Below are positions 1-9,094 of a stretch of 64,000 nucleotides of DNA, piece by piece. Made by a program: the position numbers and the translations under genes. The stretch lies in assembly GCA_023382385.1 (NCBI GenBank), contig JAHDVH010000002.1:4957-68956 (forward strand). Reading direction: 5' to 3'. The notes under the pieces are model-generated. The model worked only from the letters and a program-made list of their open reading frames with translations, had not been told where the DNA came from and did not search any database. Every line of letters starts with the position of its first letter. The first letter of the stretch is position 1. The stretch is from a bacterium (GTDB taxonomy: Bacteria; Electryoneota; RPQS01).

Positions 1-646
1 CTTCAAAAGAAGTCTCATGCGAGGCAGCAACAGCGATAGTATTGAGCACATCACGCGTGATTTCCTTGCGGTGTGCCTCGGTCACGTCACGTGCACTACA
101 GACTACCGCTGCAGGAGTGCCGATGCGGCCTGAAGAAGAAAGCAGAACTTCCCAGTAGCTAATCCTGCGGTTTGGCAATCGCGCCTTGAAGATTGAAACT
201 GCGCTTCCGGCAGTTGTGTCATTGAAATCTGCAAGAAATCTCTTCCAACGCGATCTGTCTTTCTTATCGATTAGTGCCTCCGCCTGGACTCCAATCAGCC
301 GCTTCAATTGACCGAGGCCTCGATTGATCTCGGTTATCTTACCATCACTGTCAAGCAGGACTTCCAGATCCGCCCCGCTCACAATTCTGGACGTCCACAC
401 TTTGGAAGAGCCGGTTTCTGCTTGCTGACGTGCTTTGCGAACAGCGACTGCTGAAGCGAGAATGATGGATAAAGCAGTTGCGAGACCGAACCATGCGGGC
501 CAGTAGCCCGCAACAATTTCATTTAATGACTCTTCGGCATGGGAAGATTCGGCCCAAAGCAATAGGATGGAAAGCGAGGTGTACGGGGGCATGTGACGCT
601 TGAAAACGGTGCACATTGATCGAAGAACTCGTTTCGCTAAACTCAT
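1..646 (-). CDS. Partial (N-terminal part) membrane-anchored PAS-domain sensor protein; the gene runs off the window start
   Basis: Manual reverse-strand translation from the ATG at 646..644 gives an uninterrupted ORF to position 1. It has a hydrophobic N-terminal segment (IVAGYWPAWFGLATALSIILASAVAV) followed by a PAS-like block ending in the hallmark ARDVTEAHRKE. It is absent from the ORF track because it is truncated by the window edge. Confidence 0.45.
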   Translation of the reverse strand, partial: MSLAKRVLRSMCTVFKRHMPPYTSLSILLLWAESSHAEESLNEIVAGYWPAWFGLATALSIILASAVAVRKARQQAETGSSKVWTSRIVSGADLEVLLDSDGKITEINRGLGQLKRLIGVQAEALIDKKDRSRWKRFLADFNDTTAGSAVSIFKARLPNRRISYWEVLLSSSGRIGTPAAVVCSARDVTEAHRKEITRDVLNTIAVAASHETSFE

Positions 647-1034
647 TAAGAAGATGTCTCTCGAGCAGCTAATTGCTATAGCATTTATCATTGAAGTGAA
701 AGCTCCTCCCCGCTGAATGACAGGATTCTCTCCTTACAGCGCGCATTCCATGCCCGATAACGCAGATGGGGCAACTATCGAGGCACCAATGAGCGCTCAA
801 ACGCCTTTGCGCGGGAATGCGCCTCGTTATTCTTACCGCCTGCGACCGTGATTTCAAACAGGATATGACAAAATACTGAAATATATAAGGTTATGCTGTG
901 ACTGGGAAATTTCTCGTACTTGCTCGCTTGAATCGTAGCGCTTGCTTTCAGCCGGTTTCAGATGCAAATTGTAGTCTGTTACTTGGCGAGAGGATATTAC
1001 GTCGTGCGTGGTATGAGGTGACTTGGGGTGTTTC

Positions 1035-4000
1035 ATGATGAAGCTAAGAATCTGTAACTGGCCTGCGGCCGCTATCGTTTTGCTGTTCTTCGCGTGCAAG
1101 TTCGCTGTAGCCGACTCCACGTTTGTTGCGGCCGGAAACGTCAGCGGCATATGGGACGCGGCGGGCAGCCCGTATGTCGTCCAAGGGAATTTGATCGTCC
1201 AGGCTTTGGACAGTCTCGAAATCGGCAACGGTGTCACGGTCCACTTTGAAGGACCATACGAATTGCGCGTCTTAGGCTACGTCGCGATTCAGGGACTCGC
1301 CGGCGACTCTGTACGGTTCACAACTGACACGCTTACAAATCCTGCAAAGTGGCGCGGTTTGAGCTTTATCAACGCAAATGACTCAAGCTACATAGAATAC
1401 GCAATCTTCGAAAATGCCTTGGCGAACGGAGCAACGGCCTCCGACAGCCTTGGCGGTGCCATTTTCGCAGGCAGCGGCTCCATGGTCCGGATTGAGAACT
1501 CTACCTTTCGTTTCAACAGAAGCTCCGGTGAAGGCGGAGCTGTCTATTTCGCCAACTCAACGCTCCTGATGGACTCCTGTTTTTTCCAGAACAACCTATC
1601 GGACAGAGACGGTGGAGCTCTATTCATTCGCAGTTCTGCTGCCAGCATCGTGACACAGACCGTTTTTCAACGTAATAGAGCAGCACGCAGCGGAGGGGGG
1701 TTGTTTGTCAGAGGCGGCACCCCACAATTCACAAGCTGTGTATTTGACAGTAATTTGACCGGAGTCAACGGAACCGTACAGCTTCAACTATCAGAAGCTC
1801 GCTTTGACAGTTGCCTGTTAACCAACAACATTGCGAATTTGCACGGTGGCGGGTTTTCCTGCGAACAATCCAGCCCACGAATCTACGACTGTGTGATCCA
1901 GAATAACTCGACAAACTCTTTCGACGGAGGCGGAGTGTATCTTTGGGAGTCGTCTCCTCATATGCTACGCTGCCAAGTCCTGGGTAATTCTTCAGCAGAT
2001 GATGGCGGAGGAATACACAGCTATCGCGAGCAATCAAACGGACTTTTCGAACAGTGCGAGATTCGAGGAAACTCGGCAGCTGGCGAAGGGGCCGGCGTAT
2101 GGGTGACGTTGGACGGTGCCCCATCATTCGTCGACTGCATAATCAGTCAGAATACTGCTGGAACACATGGGGGTGGCGTGTTCCTGAGAAATAACGCTCG
2201 TCCATCATTCGTCAATTGCAACATTGACAGCAATCTGGCGCATGGGGACGGTGGAGGAATCTCCATTCGTCAATCGCTCCCCGTACTGGTCGAATGCTCA
2301 TTCCGTCAGAACACTGCATACGAGAGTGGCGGAGGGGTACAGCTTTGGGAAGCGGCCGATGCAGTGCTTGACGGTTGTGTGATCTCCAACAATTCGGCAA
2401 GTCTGCCGGGCGGAGGAATCGCTGCCAATCAGAGCAAGCTGACAGCAACGAATTGTATCGTGGTGCGAAACAACGCTGCTTCGGGTGCGGGCGGAGTAGC
2501 TGTTCAAGTCGCAGCCAACGTCAACATTGCTCATGCAACCATTGCCGCAAACAGTGGGCGCGGCGTATCTGTTGAGTCCGGACTTGCGAATATTGAAAAT
2601 AGTATCATCGCTCACTCCGGCGCGGAGGCCGTGTACTTTTCAGCCGCCGCAAACTCGCGTATAACCTATTCAACGATTTCAGGGATGATTGAGTTTGCCA
2701 GTGGCAATTCGGATCAGGGTCCTGCATGGATCGGAGTTCCAGTAGCGGTCAATGGCAACGGCGACTCCTGTGACACGTATTTCAACGTGTTCAGCGATCC
2801 GATGTTCACAGACACTACTGGAGGAGATTGGTCATTGTCAACCGGAAGCGCTGCGGTGGGTTCCGGGAACTGGCTATCCGTCACGACGGATCAGATAGGC
2901 AATGATAGGCCTTTTCCCGCAGGAACACTTCCTGATATGGGGGCATTGGAGAGTGAACTGGGACAGGCGCCGACAGGATTGTTTGGAACTCTGTCAGGGA
3001 TGATTGGGCCAGGCGAAGTGAAGGTCGTGGCAGATGTCCTTGTCGACTATCTGGATACCTTGAGGATTGCCGCAGGAACAAATATCACGTTTTGCGGACC
3101 GAGCGGCCTGCTCGTACTCGGCGAGCTACATGCACGTGGCTCACTGACGGATTCGATTCGATTCACCACGGATACTCTAACCAATCCCGGGAGATGGCAA
3201 GGTATTCGATTTGAAGGGAACTCGTCTGCAAGTGTATTGGAGTATACGGAAGTATCTGATGCCTCGGCGATAGTTCTGGGAAGACGGCAGGAAGGTGGGG
3301 GACTACGAATTGCGGGGGTTTCTCCTACAGTTTCAAGAAGTCTGTTTGCCCGTCTTTCCGCACTGCGCGGAGGCGGAGTGTATTGTACCGGTACTTCAAC
3401 ACCGAGTTTCACTGCCTGCAACTTCGTTTCTTGCAAAGCAGACTCCGGTGGTGTTTTCTACGTCAAGAGCGGTGCGGCACCAGTATTAGATAGGTGCAAT
3501 TTGTCAGGTGGATACGCACGTGCTGGTGGTGGATATCTTGGTGAAGGGTCAAGTGGTTCGATCCGAAACTCCCGCATTGAGGGCAATGCCGCTATTACCG
3601 CAGGTGCAGGGATATTTCTCACCACCTCGTCTACGATTCTCGAAAACAACCTATTGCTGAGCAACTCTTCCGCTGGTGACGGTGGCGCGATCTGGCTCTC
3701 GGGTTCTTCAGCCCAAGTAAAATTCTGTTCGATTGCAGGAAATTCCGCGACAAACGGAGCGGGTGTTTATATCCGGTTTGGCACTCCTCAGATTAACAAT
3801 AGCATCATCGCCGACAACATTGGGGGTGGCATCTACTTCTACGTGGCCTCCCTTTCATCGGTGCGCTACAATTGCGTCGCGTCAAACAGCGGGGGGAATT
3901 TCGTGCTGTTTGCCAATTCTCCCACGCAAGGACCTGCGGGGATTGGGATACTGGACAGCGTGAATGCAAATGGTGATCCATGCGATCGTCACTACAATCA

Positions 4001-4430
4001 CATCCAGAATCCCGAGTGGGTGGCAGGTACCGGACACAACTACTATCTCTCGCAGATTGCTGCGGGGGATTTGGTTAACTCGCCCTGCGTGAATGCCGGC
4101 GATCCTGCCGTGTTCCCGCCTGCCGGTACAACAAGGACGGACTATCTGAGTGACATCAACGCACCGGATCAGGGTTATCATGGACCTCAACTGCTGGGCT
4201 TCGCTCCCGCAATAAACAACCTGGCTATTCAATGTGTTGGGGATAGCATTCATCTGTATTGGAGCTATGAAAATTCAGGGATATTCTACATTAAGACTGA
4301 TTCGAGCTCTTCGGGTGCATTCCTCACAACAATCGCCGTCACTGCCGATACGACCGTTACCCTTCCGTACGCCGCACCCATTCATCCGACCCGGGCATTC
4401 TTTAGAATCGTTGCGGAATCCGCAGAGTAG
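1035..4430 (+). CDS. Large secreted right-handed parallel beta-helix repeat protein (pectin-lyase-fold/PbH1-type repeats) with a C-terminal FN3-like module
   Basis: The ATG at 1035 is followed by a Sec signal peptide (MMKLRICNWPAAAIVLLFFACKFAVA). There are dozens of ~22-25 aa repeats of the type NxxxxGGAIxxxxSxxxIxNCxFxxN. The protein shows an internal duplication (VRFTTDTLTNPAKWRGLSF near the N terminus and IRFTTDTLTNPGRWQGIRF in the middle). The C terminus resembles an FN3 strand pattern (LYWSY...FFRIVAES). Confidence 0.75.
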   Translation: MMKLRICNWPAAAIVLLFFACKFAVADSTFVAAGNVSGIWDAAGSPYVVQGNLIVQALDSLEIGNGVTVHFEGPYELRVLGYVAIQGLAGDSVRFTTDTLTNPAKWRGLSFINANDSSYIEYAIFENALANGATASDSLGGAIFAGSGSMVRIENSTFRFNRSSGEGGAVYFANSTLLMDSCFFQNNLSDRDGGALFIRSSAASIVTQTVFQRNRAARSGGGLFVRGGTPQFTSCVFDSNLTGVNGTVQLQLSEARFDSCLLTNNIANLHGGGFSCEQSSPRIYDCVIQNNSTNSFDGGGVYLWESSPHMLRCQVLGNSSADDGGGIHSYREQSNGLFEQCEIRGNSAAGEGAGVWVTLDGAPSFVDCIISQNTAGTHGGGVFLRNNARPSFVNCNIDSNLAHGDGGGISIRQSLPVLVECSFRQNTAYESGGGVQLWEAADAVLDGCVISNNSASLPGGGIAANQSKLTATNCIVVRNNAASGAGGVAVQVAANVNIAHATIAANSGRGVSVESGLANIENSIIAHSGAEAVYFSAAANSRITYSTISGMIEFASGNSDQGPAWIGVPVAVNGNGDSCDTYFNVFSDPMFTDTTGGDWSLSTGSAAVGSGNWLSVTTDQIGNDRPFPAGTLPDMGALESELGQAPTGLFGTLSGMIGPGEVKVVADVLVDYLDTLRIAAGTNITFCGPSGLLVLGELHARGSLTDSIRFTTDTLTNPGRWQGIRFEGNSSASVLEYTEVSDASAIVLGRRQEGGGLRIAGVSPTVSRSLFARLSALRGGGVYCTGTSTPSFTACNFVSCKADSGGVFYVKSGAAPVLDRCNLSGGYARAGGGYLGEGSSGSIRNSRIEGNAAITAGAGIFLTTSSTILENNLLLSNSSAGDGGAIWLSGSSAQVKFCSIAGNSATNGAGVYIRFGTPQINNSIIADNIGGGIYFYVASLSSVRYNCVASNSGGNFVLFANSPTQGPAGIGILDSVNANGDPCDRHYNHIQNPEWVAGTGHNYYLSQIAAGDLVNSPCVNAGDPAVFPPAGTTRTDYLSDINAPDQGYHGPQLLGFAPAINNLAIQCVGDSIHLYWSYENSGIFYIKTDSSSSGAFLTTIAVTADTTVTLPYAAPIHPTRAFFRIVAESAE

Positions 4431-4602
4431 CAATGTTTCATGCAACGATCAACCAGCCCTCAGAACCTCTTAATCGCATGTCTCAAAATCACTGTCGCGC
4501 TTAGCAACTCTTTGGACACATTTATGCTAAGTCACTTCACCCTCAATATAAAGCAAGATGACTCCATCTTGGCTCGGTGTTTTCGATAACTTAGGACGGA
4601 AT

Positions 4603-7134
4603 ATGATGACACGTCTGTTACATTCACTACTATTGACATTATTGTGTTGCTTAATAACACAGTACTCGACCTATGCAAAGCAGCCGCTGAAGAATATGCT
4701 CACCTCGCGGCTCGCAGAAATTGAGATCAAGTCACCCCTGGACGCTCAAGCTATTCAAGATGCGGGCGGAATATTTGATCACTATCGGGGGTCCAAAGCG
4801 CACGTCTATCTGCTTCAAGAGGACTTTGACATTCTCAGGGCACGCGGCTTTAACGTGCAGTGGTTGCAGGAAGTGCGTGAAGAGCACTCACCTCTGGACG
4901 AGTACCACGAGAATGCAGACATCGAGGCACACTTTGTCGCTTGGGCGGCAGCTTATCCATCTCTCTTCACATATCAGAGCATAGGCAACTCCGTTCAGGG
5001 AAGACCGCTGTGGTTCGCGAAAATCTCAGATAACGTGACTGACGACGAGCCTGAGATTGAGGTGAAGTACATTGCTGCGATGCATGGTGATGAGTTGGCA
5101 GGACTCGAAAACTGCCTACGCCTGATCGATACTCTTTTGACCGGTTACGGCGTTGACCCCGTATTGACCGGACTGGTGAACGATTTTGAAGTTTGGATAA
5201 TGCCGTTGATGAATCCCGATGGTCGGGATGCCGGAACTCTGGGTCAACGCTGGAATGCCAATGGCATCGACCTCAACCGAGATTTTCCTGACCGAGTCGA
5301 TGACTCGACAAATACGACAGCGGGAAGACAGATTGAGACAGCTCATGTTATGAACTTCAGTGCGACTCGAACTTTTGTAATCTCGGCAAATTTCCACGGC
5401 GGGGCAGTCGTTGCGAACTATCCTTGGGACAGCAATTACAGTGGTTCGGACGTTTTTTCCCCAACACCCGAGAACACTTTGTTTCACCACATCTCGCTGG
5501 TGTATTCGCAATCGAACAATACAATGTACAATAACAGCGCCTTCCCCCCAGACGGAACAACCAACGGTGCCGATTGGTACCAGGTTCGTGGCGGGATGCA
5601 GGACTGGAATTATGTGTGGATGGGCTGCAAAGAAGTTACGATGGAGATCTCGAACACAAAGTCAGGTCCGGAAAGCGCGTTAGATAGTTTATGGCGAGAG
5701 AATCGCCAGAGTATGATAAACTACTTGCTCACCGCCCGTGAAGGGGTTCGCGGATTTGTCACCGACGCCGAATCTGGAAATCCTGTGCGCGCACGAGTCA
5801 TGCTTGCAAACATCCCCTATGTGACGTACAGCAGTGCGCTTCATGGTGAGTATTTCCGTATGCTGCAGTCCGGCGTCTATTCATTGACGTTTTCAGCACC
5901 CGGTTATGAGAGCCAAACAGTAAACGGGGTGAATGTTGTGAACGGAACACCGACAATTCTGAACATCCAGTTGAATCCGCTTCCGCGTCCTGAGATAGCT
6001 CTCCTGCCCGCCAGTGTGGAGCAGGCTATGCCGAGCTGCAGCGTCACAGATCTTGAACTTGCAGTGCAGAACACGGGCGAGATCACATTGAATTGGGATT
6101 CGCAAGAGCTCGGCTTTAGCGCAACAAACTACGGTGCGGGAGATGGCGGACCGCGTTGGATTGACAGCCGTGCGCCAGGAGGGCCAGCCTACTCCTGGGT
6201 AGATATCAGTGCAATCGGCACCGCTGTTTCGTTTACGCTGGATGATCAGAATCTCGGCCCTTACGCGATCGGTTTCACTTTCCCGTTTTACGGAATGAAC
6301 TACACGCAGTTTCGAGTCTCTGCCAATGGCTGGCTGTCCTTCACTTCCACCGCGACGGGAGCGACTTCCTATAACAACACTGCTCTTCCAAGCAATTCCG
6401 CTCCTGAGAATATCCTTGCAGTTTGGTGGGATGACCTAAGTCCGCAGCGTGCCGGAACGAACGTGAGACGCTGGACCAACAACTTAGATAGCCTTGTCGT
6501 ATCATTTCAGAACATCCAGAGCTATGCGAACAACGGGCTATACAACTTCGAGATAATACTGACTGCGGACGGCGGAATAACCTACCTGTATGGAAACATG
6601 GGTACGAACCGCCTAAACTCGTCAACAATTGGATTGCAGAATAACGATCGTACTCGTGGCGTTACGGTTTTGAATAATTCGGTCTATATCTCGAATGATA
6701 TGGCCATCAAGTTTTGTCCCGGTGTCGCCGTGCAAACCATCCCACCAGCCGGATCAGTGGCCCCGGGGCAACAGCAACTTGTAACACTCCGACTGTCATC
6801 ATGCTGCCTTCCAGACGGGATCAGCCTTTCCAGATTGAGATTTACCTCAGACGATCCCACGCGTCCAACGGTTGACTTGCCCATCACGATTGACTCTGGG
6901 AACTTTCTCGCGCCATCGCCGGTTATCGATTTGACGATTGTCGTGACGGAAACGGGTGCAGAACTGCGCTGGACCACTGCCGAGAATGCGAATTCTTACT
7001 CCATCTGGAGCAGCACCGTGTGGCCTCCGGAGATAGGGAATTCCGTCCTTCTTGGCACAACAACCGGAACTTCATTTGCCGTCTCGACGGATCTTCCCGG
7101 AACGGAGTACTTCATAGTTGTTTCGGAGCGATAG
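4603..7134 (+). CDS. Secreted M14 zinc carboxypeptidase with carboxypeptidase-regulatory-like domain, NIDO-like domain and C-terminal FN3-like module
   Basis: Signal peptide MMTRLLHSLLLTLLCCLITQYSTYA. M14 zinc ligand motifs HGDELAG (HxxE) and ANFHGGAVVANYPWD. CarbopepD_reg-like segment GFVTDAESGNPVRARVMLAN. A segment ...FPFYG..Y..VSANGWLSF...WWDDL... resembles a NIDO domain. C terminus ELRWTTAENANSYSIWSS...EYFIVVSER. Confidence 0.8.
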   Translation: MMTRLLHSLLLTLLCCLITQYSTYAKQPLKNMLTSRLAEIEIKSPLDAQAIQDAGGIFDHYRGSKAHVYLLQEDFDILRARGFNVQWLQEVREEHSPLDEYHENADIEAHFVAWAAAYPSLFTYQSIGNSVQGRPLWFAKISDNVTDDEPEIEVKYIAAMHGDELAGLENCLRLIDTLLTGYGVDPVLTGLVNDFEVWIMPLMNPDGRDAGTLGQRWNANGIDLNRDFPDRVDDSTNTTAGRQIETAHVMNFSATRTFVISANFHGGAVVANYPWDSNYSGSDVFSPTPENTLFHHISLVYSQSNNTMYNNSAFPPDGTTNGADWYQVRGGMQDWNYVWMGCKEVTMEISNTKSGPESALDSLWRENRQSMINYLLTAREGVRGFVTDAESGNPVRARVMLANIPYVTYSSALHGEYFRMLQSGVYSLTFSAPGYESQTVNGVNVVNGTPTILNIQLNPLPRPEIALLPASVEQAMPSCSVTDLELAVQNTGEITLNWDSQELGFSATNYGAGDGGPRWIDSRAPGGPAYSWVDISAIGTAVSFTLDDQNLGPYAIGFTFPFYGMNYTQFRVSANGWLSFTSTATGATSYNNTALPSNSAPENILAVWWDDLSPQRAGTNVRRWTNNLDSLVVSFQNIQSYANNGLYNFEIILTADGGITYLYGNMGTNRLNSSTIGLQNNDRTRGVTVLNNSVYISNDMAIKFCPGVAVQTIPPAGSVAPGQQQLVTLRLSSCCLPDGISLSRLRFTSDDPTRPTVDLPITIDSGNFLAPSPVIDLTIVVTETGAELRWTTAENANSYSIWSSTVWPPEIGNSVLLGTTTGTSFAVSTDLPGTEYFIVVSER

Positions 7135-7263
7135 GTTGTAGAAAGGTGGCGAGATTGGCTGAACAGCTGATGCGCAAGACAACTTTTCCGCCGGATTCAC
7201 TGGACAATACAGACCGACTAAAGCTACTAATTCTAATTTGGAGACCAACGGCTCTTGCTGACG

Positions 7264-9009
7264 ATGATTGAGAACCGCATTGCTGAACTTACGCGGCCTT
7301 CCAAGGAGTTTCCGCGGCGCTTTCTGGCACGCGGACTGACCGTGGAAGCGTGGGATGATGTATCCAAGTATTACAATGAATTGGAGAAGCGCGAACTGGA
7401 TTCGGCGTCCGATGTCGAAGCGTGGATTGCGGACGGCAGCGAACTTTCCGCTTTTCTTTCTGAAGAGTCATCACGGCGTTACATTGCCATGACCTGTGCA
7501 ACGGAAGACGAGTCAGCAGAACAAGCGTACATGCGGTTTGTCGAGGAAATTGCGCCGCGGATGAAAGAAGCGCAGGATCGCTTGAATCGCAAACTGGTGC
7601 AAAGTCCCTGGGCATCTGCCCTTCCGGCAAAGTATGAAGTGTACTTGCGATCCAGCAGGAATGCTGTTGAGCTGTTTCGAGAAGAAAATGTGCCAATCGA
7701 GACGGAGATCGAGAAGCTCTCGCAGCAGTATCAAAAAGTATTCGGATCGATGACCGTGCAGTGGCAAGGGAATGAGATTACGATTCCCCGCGCACTTGCT
7801 CTGCTGGAGGAGACTGATCGCGGCGTGCGGGAGCAAGCCTACAGGCTTGTCGCAGAGCGGCGGTTGAAGGATAGGGATGTGCTGGAAGACATCTTTGACG
7901 AAATGGTCGCCAAACGTCACGAGATCGCGCTGAACGCAGGATTCGAAAACTATCGCGACTATAAGTTCCGCGAATACGAACGGTTTGACTATACTCCTCA
8001 GGACTGTGCTTCGTACCACGCCGCAGTGGCTGATCTTGTTGTTCCGGTAATGCGTGAAGCTGCCGACGATCGAAAGAGAGCTTTAAAAGTCGAAACCTTG
8101 CGACCATGGGACATGGAGTGTGATCCCTTTGGTCGGGAGCCGCTGCATCCTTTCGGGAATGCGAACGAACTGATTTCCGGTTGCTCTCGGATTTTTCACC
8201 GATTAGATGAAGATCTGGGGAACAGTTTTGATAAGATGAATGAACTTGGCCTGCTGGATCTATCAAGCCGAAAAGGTAAAGCTCCCGGCGGATATCAGAG
8301 CGACCTTGCAGAGGTCCGGTTGCCCTTCATTTTTATGAACGCTGTCGGTACGAACGATGATGTGTTCACTCTTCTTCATGAGGGTGGACACGCTTTTCAC
8401 AACTTTGCAGTGCGTGATGAACCTTTGCATGCTTATCGGCACGCACCAATGGAGTTTAGTGAGGTTGCGTCGATGAGCATGGAGCTGCTTGCGATGCCGA
8501 TGCTCGACGAATTCTACGCAGTGCCCGATCAGGCGCGCACAATTCGCCATGAGCTACAGGGAAAGATCGCACTGCTTGCGTGGATTGCGACGATCGATGC
8601 TTTTCAGCATTGGGTCTACACGCATCCCAGACACTCTCGTGAAGAACGGAAGATGCATTGGCGCGGATTGGTGGAGCGTTTTGGCTCCGGAGCGGATCAC
8701 AGTGGTTTTGAGGACGCTCGCGACTATCGCTGGCACGCCCAATTGCATATCTTCGAAGTCCCATTCTACTACATAGAGTACGGCATCGCCCAACTTGGCG
8801 CATTTCAGATCTGGAGTCTGGCTCGGAAGAATCCTGCTGAGGCGTTGCGAAATTATAAGCATGGCCTATCTCTTGGGGGTTCACGGCCATTGCCGAAGCT
8901 GTATCAGGCAGCGGGCATTAAGCTGGACTTCTCATCAGAGATGATTGCACCGCTTATGGCAGAGGTTCGTGATGAAATGGCGAAGCAAGGCAGGCTCGAA
9001 TCGATGTAG
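7264..9009 (+). CDS. pepF: M3 family oligoendopeptidase F (PepF-like)
   Basis: HEGGHAFH zinc motif (HExxH). Length of about 580 aa and overall M3B architecture. ATG at 7264 taken as the likely start; the ORF track starts at a TTG at 7255. Confidence 0.8.
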   Translation: MIENRIAELTRPSKEFPRRFLARGLTVEAWDDVSKYYNELEKRELDSASDVEAWIADGSELSAFLSEESSRRYIAMTCATEDESAEQAYMRFVEEIAPRMKEAQDRLNRKLVQSPWASALPAKYEVYLRSSRNAVELFREENVPIETEIEKLSQQYQKVFGSMTVQWQGNEITIPRALALLEETDRGVREQAYRLVAERRLKDRDVLEDIFDEMVAKRHEIALNAGFENYRDYKFREYERFDYTPQDCASYHAAVADLVVPVMREAADDRKRALKVETLRPWDMECDPFGREPLHPFGNANELISGCSRIFHRLDEDLGNSFDKMNELGLLDLSSRKGKAPGGYQSDLAEVRLPFIFMNAVGTNDDVFTLLHEGGHAFHNFAVRDEPLHAYRHAPMEFSEVASMSMELLAMPMLDEFYAVPDQARTIRHELQGKIALLAWIATIDAFQHWVYTHPRHSREERKMHWRGLVERFGSGADHSGFEDARDYRWHAQLHIFEVPFYYIEYGIAQLGAFQIWSLARKNPAEALRNYKHGLSLGGSRPLPKLYQAAGIKLDFSSEMIAPLMAEVRDEMAKQGRLESM

Positions 9010-9051
9010 CGGCGATTGCTGCTAAGGGAATGTTCCCGGATCAGAGTGAGA

Positions 9052-9078
9052 ACAGCCCGCATAGGCGCGGGCTGTTCT
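9052..9078. terminator. Bidirectional rho-independent terminator between convergent genes
   Basis: Hairpin acagcccgc-ataggc-gcgggctgt followed by a T-containing tract, located between the 3' ends of the pepF-like gene and the epimerase gene. Confidence 0.5.
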
Positions 9079-9094
9079 ATTCCAAACCAATTTG

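Noticed and set aside
669-1237. Small minus-strand ORFs (669..857, 854..1237, 1044..1244) in the 5' intergenic region and overlapping the start of the beta-helix gene.
   Set aside because: No homology features and odd composition. They overlap the signal-peptide-encoding start of the well-supported beta-helix gene. The region is more plausibly a divergent promoter between the PAS sensor gene (ending at 646) and the beta-helix gene.
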